From an uncultured Gammaproteobacteria bacterium (GTDB lineage Bacteria > Pseudomonadota > Gammaproteobacteria > Arenicellales > JAANXG01), in NCBI GenBank assembly GCA_947258495.1, contig CAMYIN010000164.1, positions 8,111-72,110 on the forward strand: 64,000 nucleotides of DNA, read 5' to 3'. Both the position numbers and the translations under genes were made by a program. Shown here piece after piece: positions 41,854-51,559 of this stretch; position 1 is the stretch's first letter; the number at the start of each line of letters is the position of its first letter. Below the pieces are notes generated by a model. The model was not told the DNA's origin, did no database searches, and was given only the letters and a program-made list of their open reading frames with translations.

Positions 41854-43176
41854 CTAGAATCTCTTGGTGTACTGGATAGCCACCTCGTATTGCTTCATCT
41901 CGAGTTCGATCGTCTGCGCGCCGGGCGCTTCCAGCGGGTTCGGCCCGCTCACGGAGTTGGAAGGCGCGTACATGATGGAGACGTCGATGCCGGAGTCGTC
42001 ATTCAGCATTTTCGTGAACCCGGCGGTGATGTGTTCTTCGATCACACCGGGTGCCAGGAGGTTGAACATGACCTCGGACGACTCGATAGGCTGGTGATTG
42101 GCGACGCTGCCGCCGACACGCCACACCCAGCCGTTGCCGCCGTCCCACTGCAGCCCCAACTTGTAGACGGTCATGTCGCGCCAGCCAAAGCCGATGCCGT
42201 TGCTGCCGCCGAGGCAGTTGGGATTGGTGAGCGTTGTCCGGGTGGCGCAGATTCCGAACTGGGGAAACATCGGATTAGCGATGGACTTGACGTCGGAGTA
42301 ATCGATCCACTGCACGTCCAGCAAGACCGTAGCCTGTTCCGACGCCTCCCAAGCCAGGCCCGCGGTTGCGGTCTGGGGGATATCGAAACCCCCGCTCTCG
42401 GCGAACAGGCCGGCGTAGTCGTCGAACTCGTCCATCCACATCTTGCTCTGGTAGGACGCGCCCAAACGGAATCCCGGCGCCACCTCTCCGAGCACACCGA
42501 GCTTGAAGCCGTATCCGAAGGCGTCGTCGTGCCCCTTGTTGGTCAGATTGGCGGAGTCGTTGGAGACGCCCGAAAAGCTCGCCACGCCTTCGGCCTCGAA
42601 CCGCTGATAAGCAAGCACGGCGCTGAGTCCCCAGGACGCTTTGCCGCCGGCGAACTTGCGCGCGTAGGAGCCGTTGATGAACAGCTGCGCCAGATCGACA
42701 CCGGCGTCACCGGCCCCGTAGGTCCCGACCCCGCCCACTTTGGAAGCCCTCCAATCGGTGTTCATGCCGCCGTTGCCGTAGACCGTGAGTCCCAGCGAGG
42801 CGTCCTCGCTCAGCATCCAGTTCGCAGCCACGCTGGGTATGAAGAAATGGTTGCTCTCGCTCTCGAAGTTTCCGGGAACCAGCCCGAAGGTGCCCGGAAA
42901 ACCGCTCGGGGCCCCGCTCACCGTGTACTCGCGCTGAGGACTGAACCAGGTCAGCCCGAGGTCCCATTCCTGGCCCACCATGACCATGTTCGCCGGATTG
43001 ACCGCCGCGTCCATGGCGTCCAAAGGCATCGCCACTCCGGCGCCCCCCAGCGCCTTGGACTTGATGCCGTAGCCGTGGGCGAAGTATCCGTTGGTGGCGT
43101 GGGCCGCGATCGGGGCCAGCGATGCGGCGATCACGGCGCCGGTCAGTGCCGGCATGTGCTTGATTATATTGATCAT
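41854..43176 (-). CDS. FadL/TodX-family outer-membrane hydrophobic-compound transporter
   Basis: ATG 43176 preceded by GAGGG SD. Signal peptide ending IAAHA-TNGYFAHGYG (typical OMPP1/FadL N-terminus); beta-barrel pattern; terminal aromatic ...YTKRF. Confidence 0.85.
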   Translation of the reverse strand: MINIIKHMPALTGAVIAASLAPIAAHATNGYFAHGYGIKSKALGGAGVAMPLDAMDAAVNPANMVMVGQEWDLGLTWFSPQREYTVSGAPSGFPGTFGLVPGNFESESNHFFIPSVAANWMLSEDASLGLTVYGNGGMNTDWRASKVGGVGTYGAGDAGVDLAQLFINGSYARKFAGGKASWGLSAVLAYQRFEAEGVASFSGVSNDSANLTNKGHDDAFGYGFKLGVLGEVAPGFRLGASYQSKMWMDEFDDYAGLFAESGGFDIPQTATAGLAWEASEQATVLLDVQWIDYSDVKSIANPMFPQFGICATRTTLTNPNCLGGSNGIGFGWRDMTVYKLGLQWDGGNGWVWRVGGSVANHQPIESSEVMFNLLAPGVIEEHITAGFTKMLNDDSGIDVSIMYAPSNSVSGPNPLEAPGAQTIELEMKQYEVAIQYTKRF

Positions 43177-43452
43177 TGTTACCCTCACTCTGAACTTTAT
43201 GCGACGCGGGGTCGTCTATTCTATTTGGGAGCATGGGGCACATTACTGGCTTTTCGCAAAAGAATAAACAAGGTTTTTGTAGACCCGGCATAACCGGCGT
43301 TTATGGACTTTGAGCGTCGTCGTGCAGCCGAACACGCGCGCGCGACCGGAACGCGAGAGGGCGATCGCACGCATCGGTCCACCCCGCGGACGGAGACTTA
43401 CGCAGCGGTTCCAATATCGCTATGATCCGGGTTCAACCCGGAGCCGCACGGC

Positions 43453-43893
43453 ATGTCCGATATCGACGACGAATTGAATCTCGCCAGCGGGATTTCGGCC
43501 TTCGAGGCCAAGCACTTCGCGCGCGCCATGCAATTGTTGACCCCCATCGCCGACGCGGGAAACCCCCAAGCGCAATACCGGTTGGCGATCATGTATCAAA
43601 ACGGCCTCGGAACGGTGCGCAACGAGCTCGCCGCCTACAAGTGGATGCGGGCCGCCGCCGAACAGGGCATGGCGCTAGCCCAGCACGGCATCGGCTTCAT
43701 GCACATGGAGGGGGATTGTGCCGAACAAGACGGCGAGCGGGCGGTGCACTGGTTCACCAAGGCCGCCGAGCAGGGACTCGCCGGTTCGCAGACCACGCTG
43801 GGCATGCTGTATACGGAGGGAAAGATCATTGCCAAGGATTCGGAATTGGCGAGGTACTGGTTGCAACAAGCCGGCTTCGAGGACCAGAGCTGA
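43453..43893 (+). CDS. Sel1-repeat (TPR-like) protein
   Basis: Three Sel1-type repeats (AQYRLAIMYQNGLGT..N...A.KW...AA.QG). No signal peptide seen. Confidence 0.8.
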   Translation: MSDIDDELNLASGISAFEAKHFARAMQLLTPIADAGNPQAQYRLAIMYQNGLGTVRNELAAYKWMRAAAEQGMALAQHGIGFMHMEGDCAEQDGERAVHWFTKAAEQGLAGSQTTLGMLYTEGKIIAKDSELARYWLQQAGFEDQS

Positions 43894-43933
43894 GGTACCA
43901 CATGCTTGCCGCTTTCGGGCGGGCGACACCCGT

Positions 43934-45148
43934 TCAATTCAGTTGTACACGCTGCCCCCACGGCACCGCCGACTTGCCTTTCACCAGCCACATGACCGGA
44001 TAGGCCGGTTCCTGTCCGGGAAACGCGCCCTGGGCATCGGTGAAGTACACGAGTATGTCCGGCGATACCGACCGGCTTGCCACCCATTCGAACACCGGAA
44101 CGAAACTCGTGCCCCCGCCGCCGTGGATCTGCGTCGGCAGACGCAGCGCTTCCCACGCCTCGAAGACCCAGGGAGCGCCCGACGCCAGTTGCGCGTCACA
44201 GGGCAGCAGCGTCACACGCGCACTGAGCTGGCCCTTGATGGCGTCCACCTCGGCAAGAAACTGGTCCATCTCCTCCCGGGTTATCGACCCGCTGGTATCG
44301 ACACCGACGACGACATCGACCCGGGCGCTGCGCAGGCTCGGGAGGATTGCGTCGCCCTCGCGCCTCGCGGGCCGGGAGTAGTTGAAATCCTCACGCCCGC
44401 ACATGCTCAGGTAGCGCGCCAGCAGCATGCGCCACGGAAGCTGCGGCTGCAGCAAATGGTCGACCATACGCGCCATCAGACCGCCCAGCTTGCCGGCGCG
44501 CAGGGCCTGCTGCGCCGCCCCGGCGAGACGCTGGCGCCACTGGGTCTCCAAACGATTGCGCTCATCGTAGTCCAGCGACGGCGGTCGCGGAGCGCCCCCG
44601 GCCTCCGCGCGCCGTCGCGCATCGGGGCTTGGCGGCGGCTGCGCTTCCGGGTCTGGGGTATGTGCGCGATCCCGAGTGCGCGGCGGCGTCTGATCGTCGT
44701 AGATGTGCCGGTCTTGGGGCTGCTGATCGCTGTGTTCTTCGATCAACGGATAGATCTCCTCCGCAGTCATGCCCGCGTACTCCTCCAGATAGAGGGCATT
44801 GGGCGGCGGAGTCAGTCCGTCCTGCAGTAACAGGGGGTTCACGGCGAAATCGCAGGCAATATCCCAGCGGTGCTTATCGCGATGCCGCCGCCTGGCGAAG
44901 TGAGACAACGCACAGTGCAGGGCCTCGTGGGCGAGAACGAATTGTGTCTGCGCCAGGGTCAAGGCCTCGATATAGGATTTGTTGTAGTAGAACGCGCGCG
45001 CGTCGATGGCGGTCGTGGGACACCACTTCGGATCCGCTTGTTTCATCGGCAAGCGCAGAACCAGCGCACCCAGAAACGGCTTGTCGAGAATCAGCCGCGT
45101 GCGAGCGGCACTCAGCTTGGTGTCGACTTCCGGCATCGCCGCATCCAC
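43934..45148 (-). CDS. VWA-domain protein with N-terminal putative zinc-metallopeptidase domain (DUF2201-type)
   Basis: HExxH motif VLAHEALHCALSH; Pro/Arg-rich linker; MIDAS VVVGVDTSGSI; C-terminal GGGGTSF. 38 nt downstream of the MoxR-like ATPase gene. Confidence 0.82.
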   Translation of the reverse strand: MDAAMPEVDTKLSAARTRLILDKPFLGALVLRLPMKQADPKWCPTTAIDARAFYYNKSYIEALTLAQTQFVLAHEALHCALSHFARRRHRDKHRWDIACDFAVNPLLLQDGLTPPPNALYLEEYAGMTAEEIYPLIEEHSDQQPQDRHIYDDQTPPRTRDRAHTPDPEAQPPPSPDARRRAEAGGAPRPPSLDYDERNRLETQWRQRLAGAAQQALRAGKLGGLMARMVDHLLQPQLPWRMLLARYLSMCGREDFNYSRPARREGDAILPSLRSARVDVVVGVDTSGSITREEMDQFLAEVDAIKGQLSARVTLLPCDAQLASGAPWVFEAWEALRLPTQIHGGGGTSFVPVFEWVASRSVSPDILVYFTDAQGAFPGQEPAYPVMWLVKGKSAVPWGQRVQLN

Positions 45149-45186
45149 CGCGTACGCATCAGGTTACGGGCCCCGTTCCGCAACCC

Positions 45187-46233
45187 CTACACCTCGAACA
45201 GCACGACGTCCGCCACGGCCTTGGCCCAATCCGAGAACTGCGGCACGGCGAAGAGTTCCTGTCCCACCGCGCGGTGCATATCGGACACCAGCATCACTCC
45301 CATTTCCCGTTGTGGAAAGCGGCCGGCGTAATCGAGGATACGGCCGTAGACACGAGCCGCCTCGCCGTTGTCTTTCACCCTTACCGCCCGGCCTACCAGG
45401 GCGCTCGCGACCGCGTACTGCAAATCGATTTCATCGGGAACCGGCGTGTCTTCGCCCCGAAGAATCGCGTCGATATCGGGGAGTTTGTCCAGGTTCTCGA
45501 TGAACGCATGCAGTTCAATGCCGGCGGCCGGACCCACGCAACCTTGTAAAGCCTCGGCGAGAATTTCCGGTACCGCTCCGAATTTCTGCAACGCCCGGTG
45601 CGCAAACTCCCACGATCGCGGCGACGGAAACGCGACCGGGTTATGCTCCGGATCGAAATCAAAAAGCAGCTCGGGACGAAACCGAAGGAAGGCGATAACC
45701 CGCTGGTCGACACCGCTGGCGTATGCCCAGGTAACCCAGTCATCGATATTGGGCTCAACTTCGAAATGGGAGAAGCGATTGGCGAGCGGCGCGGGCATCG
45801 TGTACGTCACGCCGCGATCGCCCTGGCGGTTGCCGGCGGCGAATATCGCCCAAGCGTCCGGCACCCGATACGCGCCGAGACAGCGGTCGAGGATCAACTG
45901 GTACGCGGCGGCGGATACGCTCGGAGGCGCCGACGTGATTTCATCGAGGAACAACACCCCATGGGGCCCGTGACGGATTTTGTCGGGGAGCATCGCCGGC
46001 ACCGCCCATTCCACGAGCTCGCCGACTCGAAAGGGGATACCCCGCAAGTCGCTCGGCTCCAGCTGGGACAAGCGAATGTCGATGACCTCCGCCTGGTGGT
46101 GCCGGGCCGCTTGGGCGACCATCTGCGATTTACCCACCCCCGGCGGGCCCCACAACATGACCGGGGTGTGGTGTCCACCTTGAGTACTTTCATACTCGTT
46201 GTCGAGTATCTGCAGAATCTGTGCAGGTCGCAT
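45187..46233 (-). CDS. MoxR-like AAA+ ATPase (AAA_5/CbbQ-NorQ-like)
   Basis: ATG 46233 preceded by GAGGG SD. Walker A LWGPPGVGKSQ; Walker B GVLFLDEIT; 348 aa. The listed 817-aa ORF upstream part is antisense to the reductase gene. Confidence 0.85.
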   Translation of the reverse strand: MRPAQILQILDNEYESTQGGHHTPVMLWGPPGVGKSQMVAQAARHHQAEVIDIRLSQLEPSDLRGIPFRVGELVEWAVPAMLPDKIRHGPHGVLFLDEITSAPPSVSAAAYQLILDRCLGAYRVPDAWAIFAAGNRQGDRGVTYTMPAPLANRFSHFEVEPNIDDWVTWAYASGVDQRVIAFLRFRPELLFDFDPEHNPVAFPSPRSWEFAHRALQKFGAVPEILAEALQGCVGPAAGIELHAFIENLDKLPDIDAILRGEDTPVPDEIDLQYAVASALVGRAVRVKDNGEAARVYGRILDYAGRFPQREMGVMLVSDMHRAVGQELFAVPQFSDWAKAVADVVLFEV

Positions 46234-46365
46234 GCAACCCTCGTCGAATTGGAAAACGCATACGGTGCGGAAACGGTCGCAACGCGAAATCATAGCCCGA
46301 TCTCGGCCGCGCACGCCAGACGCGGCATTCCTCGATCTGCAGAACCCGGGGCGAATGTGGTATAA

Positions 46366-47415
46366 ATGGACCTCCCCAGCCGCAGTTCCTCTTCGATGGC
46401 AGCCCAAGTCCAACTCCAGCCCAGCGCCCGCTGCTTTCAACTCGACGGCAACGATTCCGTGCTCGAAGCCGCGCTTCACGCGGGTCTGTCGTTGAACTAT
46501 GGATGCAGCAACGGAAAATGCGGTTTGTGTCGGGCACGTCTCATCGCCGGTGAGGTGAGCAAGATCCGTCCACACGATTTCGTGTTCACCGAGGCGGAAA
46601 AGAACCTGGGGCATTTTCTGCTCTGCTCGTACACGGCCGTCGGCGATATCGTTGTCGAGGCCGCAGAGGACGCAATGATTCCAAAGCAGCAGATCTCGAC
46701 CCGGTTGAAAAAGCTTTCCCCCCTGGCGGACGAAATTCTGCTGCTGCAGCTCCAGACGCCGCGGTCGCAGCGGCTTCGCTTCCTTGCCGGGCAAAGCGTT
46801 CGACTGCGTTTGGACAGCGGATTTGCCGCGCGCTACCCCATCGCCAGCTGTCCGTGCGACGACCGAAACATCCAATTCCATGTGCGCTTGACGCAAGACG
46901 ACGAGTTCGCACAACAACTGGCGACGCTGGAAACCAATGACGTGGTTCAGCTCACGGGCCCCATAGGACGATTTATTCTGGATGATTCGTCTCAAAGCCC
47001 ATTGCTGTTCCTGGCGTTCGAAACCGGATTTGCTCCGATCAAGAGTCTCATCGAACATGCCATGCAGCTGGAAATCGGTAATTCGATTCACCTGCAGTGG
47101 TGTGCCGTCAACACAAGCCGGCATTACATGCGTAATCTGGTGCGATCCTGGGCGGACGCCTTCGACAATTTTTCCTCCACGCTGCTGGCGCCTGACGGTC
47201 TGGAAACCGACCAACGCTCGATCGGCGGGTCCCCCGAGCTCGCGTGCGCCTCGATTGCCGGCGCATGCGTTGAACATGCCGTGGAGCAACACACCGATCT
47301 TTCCGACTACGACATTCATGTCGCGGGCCCGGCACCGTTTCCGAAACTGACCCTCGATCGTCTGCGCAGACTCGGCGTCGACAAACGGCAACTCAAATCC
47401 CTGAACACGCCATGA
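46366..47415 (+). CDS. 2Fe-2S ferredoxin / FNR-type oxidoreductase (ferredoxin-NAD(P) reductase family)
   Basis: Plant-type cluster motif CSNGKCGLCRARL...LLC; FAD-binding RYPIAS; NAD-binding LLFLAFETGFAPIKS. Start may be ATG 46396. Confidence 0.82.
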   Translation: MDLPSRSSSSMAAQVQLQPSARCFQLDGNDSVLEAALHAGLSLNYGCSNGKCGLCRARLIAGEVSKIRPHDFVFTEAEKNLGHFLLCSYTAVGDIVVEAAEDAMIPKQQISTRLKKLSPLADEILLLQLQTPRSQRLRFLAGQSVRLRLDSGFAARYPIASCPCDDRNIQFHVRLTQDDEFAQQLATLETNDVVQLTGPIGRFILDDSSQSPLLFLAFETGFAPIKSLIEHAMQLEIGNSIHLQWCAVNTSRHYMRNLVRSWADAFDNFSSTLLAPDGLETDQRSIGGSPELACASIAGACVEHAVEQHTDLSDYDIHVAGPAPFPKLTLDRLRRLGVDKRQLKSLNTP

Positions 47416-47775
47416 CCCCATATCGACAAGAGGATATTCACCTGCCTCCCGGTTCCCGCTTGAATAACGGCTTGTGAACCGATTCCGGACGATCGCGCCA
47501 AACCCCATGTCAAGAGATAGTTTTCTGTTTTCGTTCAGTATGTTCAACAATAGTCGATGCCTTTTCGAGGACCCGGCGGTGACCCATTGCGAGCGCCGGC
47601 GGGGTCTCGCGCGCCGGCAGAGAAACTGCGTCGGACCCATGGCTCGGGCTTTGAATGCGGGAACTGCATTGCTGGCAGGCCCCTATAACCCGCGTCCACA
47701 CGAGCGGTCCCTGCGCCGACGGTCGAGCGCTTGGTTGCTGTACCAAGTTGCGCCGTTACCACGGCGACGAGTTCA

Positions 47776-49161
47776 ATGAAATTCTTTCCCATTTTCCTCG
47801 CCATCGCCGGGCGTCCCTGCCTGGTAGTCGGCGGTGGTGAAGTCGCCGCGCGCAAAGTCGCGTTATTGCGAAAAGCGGGCGGCAAGGTCACGGTTGTCGC
47901 GCCGTCGCTCTGCCAACGTCTGTCACTGCAGCGCGAACACGGCGAAATCGTCCATCAACCGCGCAGATTCGCCGCCGAAGACATCGACGAACACGTCATC
48001 GTCATCGCCGCCACGGACGACGCCGCTGTGAACCAGCTGGTATCGGAGCTCGCGCAACAACGCGGTATTCCAGTCAACGTGGTGGACCAACCCGCATTGT
48101 GCAGTTTCACCATGCCCTCCATAGTCGATCGATCGCCGGTCGTCGTGGCCGTGTCCACGGGTGGAGCGTCCCCGGTGCTCGCCCGTCTGCTTCGTGCCCG
48201 GCTGGAGACCCTGGTCCCCGCCGCCTACGGCCGTCTGGCAAAGCTGGTGGAGGGTTTTCGGCAGCAGGTGAAACAACGTTTCGAAAGCGGTGAAGAACGC
48301 CGTCGTTTCTGGGAGGGCGTGCTGCAGGGTCCGATCGCGGAAATGCTGCTCGCCGGCAAAGAATCCGCGGCCCGCGCCGCCCTGGAGCGCGCCGTCGACG
48401 AGGGGACGTCGAGCGATTCCGCGGGTGAAGTGTACTTGGTGGGCGCGGGCCCCGGGGACCCGGATCTCCTGACCTTTCGCGCCCTGCGCCTGATGCAGCA
48501 GGCCGACGTCATCCTCTACGACCGGCTCGTCAGCCCCGAGATCCTGGAGCTTGCGCGCCGCGATGCCGATCTCAGGTACGTCGGCAAAGAGAGGTCCAAA
48601 CACGCAGTCCCGCAGCCGGAAATCAACCAATTGCTGGTCGACCTGGCGAAGCAAGGCAAGCGCGTTCTTCGCCTCAAAGGCGGCGACCCGTTCATATTCG
48701 GTCGTGGCGGCGAAGAGATAGAACGCCTGGCGTCGGCGGGCATACCGTTTCAGGTCGTGCCCGGCATCACCGCCGCCGCCGGATGCGCCTCCTACGCCGG
48801 GATACCCCTGACCCATCGAGACTTCGCACAGTCCTGCGTTTTCGTTACCGGCCATCTTAAAAACGGAAAGACCGAACTCCATTGGGACATGCTGACCCAA
48901 CCCCAGCAGACCGTCGTCATCTACATGAGTTTATCCGGCCTCGATATCATTTGCCGCGAGTTGATCGGCCACGGCATGCCGGCTTCGACGCCGGCGGCCT
49001 TGATCGAGCAGGGCACCACGCAAAAGCAGCGGGTTCTTATCGGTGATCTCGAGAGTCTTCCCGGGATCGTCAGTTCGGCGGCGGTGCGCGCACCTACGCT
49101 GGTGATCATCGGGCGCGTCGTCGAGCTGCATAAGCAACTTGCGTGGTTCCAGCAGGACTAG
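47776..49161 (+). CDS. cysG: Siroheme synthase CysG (precorrin-2 dehydrogenase/ferrochelatase plus SUMT)
   Basis: ATG 47776 gives [28 protein letters not shown]-terminal methylase [15 protein letters not shown]...[16 protein letters not shown]. Confidence 0.94.
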   Translation: MKFFPIFLAIAGRPCLVVGGGEVAARKVALLRKAGGKVTVVAPSLCQRLSLQREHGEIVHQPRRFAAEDIDEHVIVIAATDDAAVNQLVSELAQQRGIPVNVVDQPALCSFTMPSIVDRSPVVVAVSTGGASPVLARLLRARLETLVPAAYGRLAKLVEGFRQQVKQRFESGEERRRFWEGVLQGPIAEMLLAGKESAARAALERAVDEGTSSDSAGEVYLVGAGPGDPDLLTFRALRLMQQADVILYDRLVSPEILELARRDADLRYVGKERSKHAVPQPEINQLLVDLAKQGKRVLRLKGGDPFIFGRGGEEIERLASAGIPFQVVPGITAAAGCASYAGIPLTHRDFAQSCVFVTGHLKNGKTELHWDMLTQPQQTVVIYMSLSGLDIICRELIGHGMPASTPAALIEQGTTQKQRVLIGDLESLPGIVSSAAVRAPTLVIIGRVVELHKQLAWFQQD

Positions 49162-49166
49162 CATTA

Positions 49167-49565
49167 TTATTTACGCCGGCGCTTGACCCGGTAGGCCGAT
49201 ATTTCCTCGACCAATTGATGTACGGGAACGGCGTCTATTCCCTGGAACTGAAGTTCCGCCGCATCCAGCATCGCGGCGACGTCGTCGCCGGACCTGCGTT
49301 CGAGCATCCGCGCGATGCCCGTTAGACCTCCGCATTGGATCTTCACCAGGATGCTGTGCGGCAGGCTGAGCGGATCGTCCTGCAGGCCCAACGCAGTCAG
49401 ACTTTCCGACTTGAGATTGTCGAACAATCGCGCGCAGCGCCGATGGGCCGACTCGCTCCCACAACCCACACCGGGGCCGCCGCGGCGAACGATCGGTTGG
49501 CCGTTGGCGCAGCGGAACTCCCCCACCATCAACGGGTGGCTGAATGCGCACTTATATGTCTCCAT
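49167..49565 (-). CDS. Hypothetical Cys-containing protein
   Basis: 132-aa ORF with five Cys (positions 6, 19, 35, 44, 78) and a basic tail KRRRK. Its stop is 5 nt from the cysG stop. No family recognised. Confidence 0.45.
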   Translation of the reverse strand: METYKCAFSHPLMVGEFRCANGQPIVRRGGPGVGCGSESAHRRCARLFDNLKSESLTALGLQDDPLSLPHSILVKIQCGGLTGIARMLERRSGDDVAAMLDAAELQFQGIDAVPVHQLVEEISAYRVKRRRK

Positions 49566-49904
49566 GCCTGTTCCTCGAATATGCTGGCAGCTGCCCGGCG
49601 TCGCCGCTGATTGCCTGGGAAACCTCCGATTGACGCAGAGGGTTCCGCGGTACAGGCTCGCTACCGGAATAGTCCAATCAGTTAAGTGATTGAACTGTGG
49701 AGAAAAAAAGCATTCTCGTCTGTTTCGCCCTGATCAATCGTGGAAGAGTCACAAAGCTTCCCTAGAGAATACAGGTTATTGGCTTTCATCGCTCTTCGGT
49801 TGTTGCCGCTCCACTCGAAACGGTATGCTTTCCGCCTGCGTTATAAGCTTGCGGCGAGATCCGGGCAACATCAATATCAAAATTCAATCGGGAGGACGTA
49901 AAGC

Positions 49905-50672
49905 GTGAAGTCTATTAACTATTTCGGCATGTTCACTATTGCCGGCATGTTGTGTCTTGTCTCCGCAGCGCTCGTGGCGCAACAATCCGGACCGAGCGAT
50001 GCGCCCCCGTCGACCGAACCCGAGATGGCGCCTGCGGCGATGACGGTCGAGGAGGAATTGACGCCGAAACCCGCACTGGGAGACCGATCAATGGAATCCG
50101 TTTCGGAGGAAGCGCAGCGCGTATTGCGCGAACGATATATGGCCAACTCCAATCGCGTCATGCCGCCGGTCCCTGCTGAACAGAAAAAGATGTGGTTTCA
50201 GCAGATGATGTCCATGAGCTCTATGTCAATGCGCGACCTTTTCAACATGATGACCTCGAAGGTCAAGGTCGCCGACGGCGTTTCCTTCGACGATGTCATT
50301 GAAGCAATGGATCTCAAGGCGAACGACGTCAATTTCAAGAAGGTCGGACACAATAAATTCTGGAAGGACGTATCGGCGATTTCGGGATTGCCCGCCTTAC
50401 GCGTGGAGATCTTGCAATACTGTGACGCCACCGTCGGACGCCGCATGCTGGACTACAGCGCCGAATTCGTCGTCTTCATTCCCTGTCGTATCGCGGTGAT
50501 GGAGGATGCAAACGGCGACATCTGGATCATGACGCTGGACTGGGATGTGAGCTGGCTGGCGATGGCCTGGCACCCCGGCTCCAAATTGAGTGAACAGTTG
50601 AAGCAAGACGCGATCCGCATCCGCGACGCCATGGAAAAAATCATGCGGGCCGGCGCCACCGGTGAGTGGTGA
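49905..50672 (+). CDS. Secreted Met-rich protein with C-terminal DUF302-like domain
   Basis: GTG start after GGGAGG SD; signal peptide FTIAGMLCLVSAALVA; Met-rich stretch KKMWFQQMMSMSSMSMRDLFNMMTSK; C-terminal LRVEILQYCD...FIPCRIAVMED resembles DUF302. Confidence 0.65.
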   Translation: MKSINYFGMFTIAGMLCLVSAALVAQQSGPSDAPPSTEPEMAPAAMTVEEELTPKPALGDRSMESVSEEAQRVLRERYMANSNRVMPPVPAEQKKMWFQQMMSMSSMSMRDLFNMMTSKVKVADGVSFDDVIEAMDLKANDVNFKKVGHNKFWKDVSAISGLPALRVEILQYCDATVGRRMLDYSAEFVVFIPCRIAVMEDANGDIWIMTLDWDVSWLAMAWHPGSKLSEQLKQDAIRIRDAMEKIMRAGATGEW

Positions 50673-50684
50673 CGGACACCGGAC

Positions 50685-51398
<714 letters not shown>

Positions 51399-51559
51399 CG
51401 ATGCTGCTCCTTATTCTACGGTCGCAACGAAGGGTACAGCGTGAGCGTCAACATGCCAACTTGCAGGCTAGACACTGCCGGCTCTTGCCCATATAGTGAT
51501 CAACGACGTACTGCCGAAATAACTGCAAAACGCCGCTCCGGCGCCGACGTCGAGCTCGG

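Noticed and set aside
41758-43293. 511-aa plus-strand ORF over the FadL gene. The same pattern occurs at 4014-5321 (over argJ), 5487-7346 (over secA), 51955-52977 (over S24/moaC), 47923-48900 (over cysG) and 25296-26954 (over ftsI).
   Set aside because: All are antisense to genes with strong family signatures. All show the skewed Arg/Gly/His/Pro composition expected of non-coding frames in high-GC DNA.
45187-47640. 817-aa minus-strand ORF, which would be a giant N-terminally extended MoxR ATPase
   Set aside because: Only the last 348 aa are AAA+-like, and that part has its own GAGGG SD plus ATG at 46233. The upstream ~470 aa are Arg/Gly/Pro-rich. They lie antisense to a plus-strand ORF with clear 2Fe-2S and FNR motifs. 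This is a GC-driven shadow frame.
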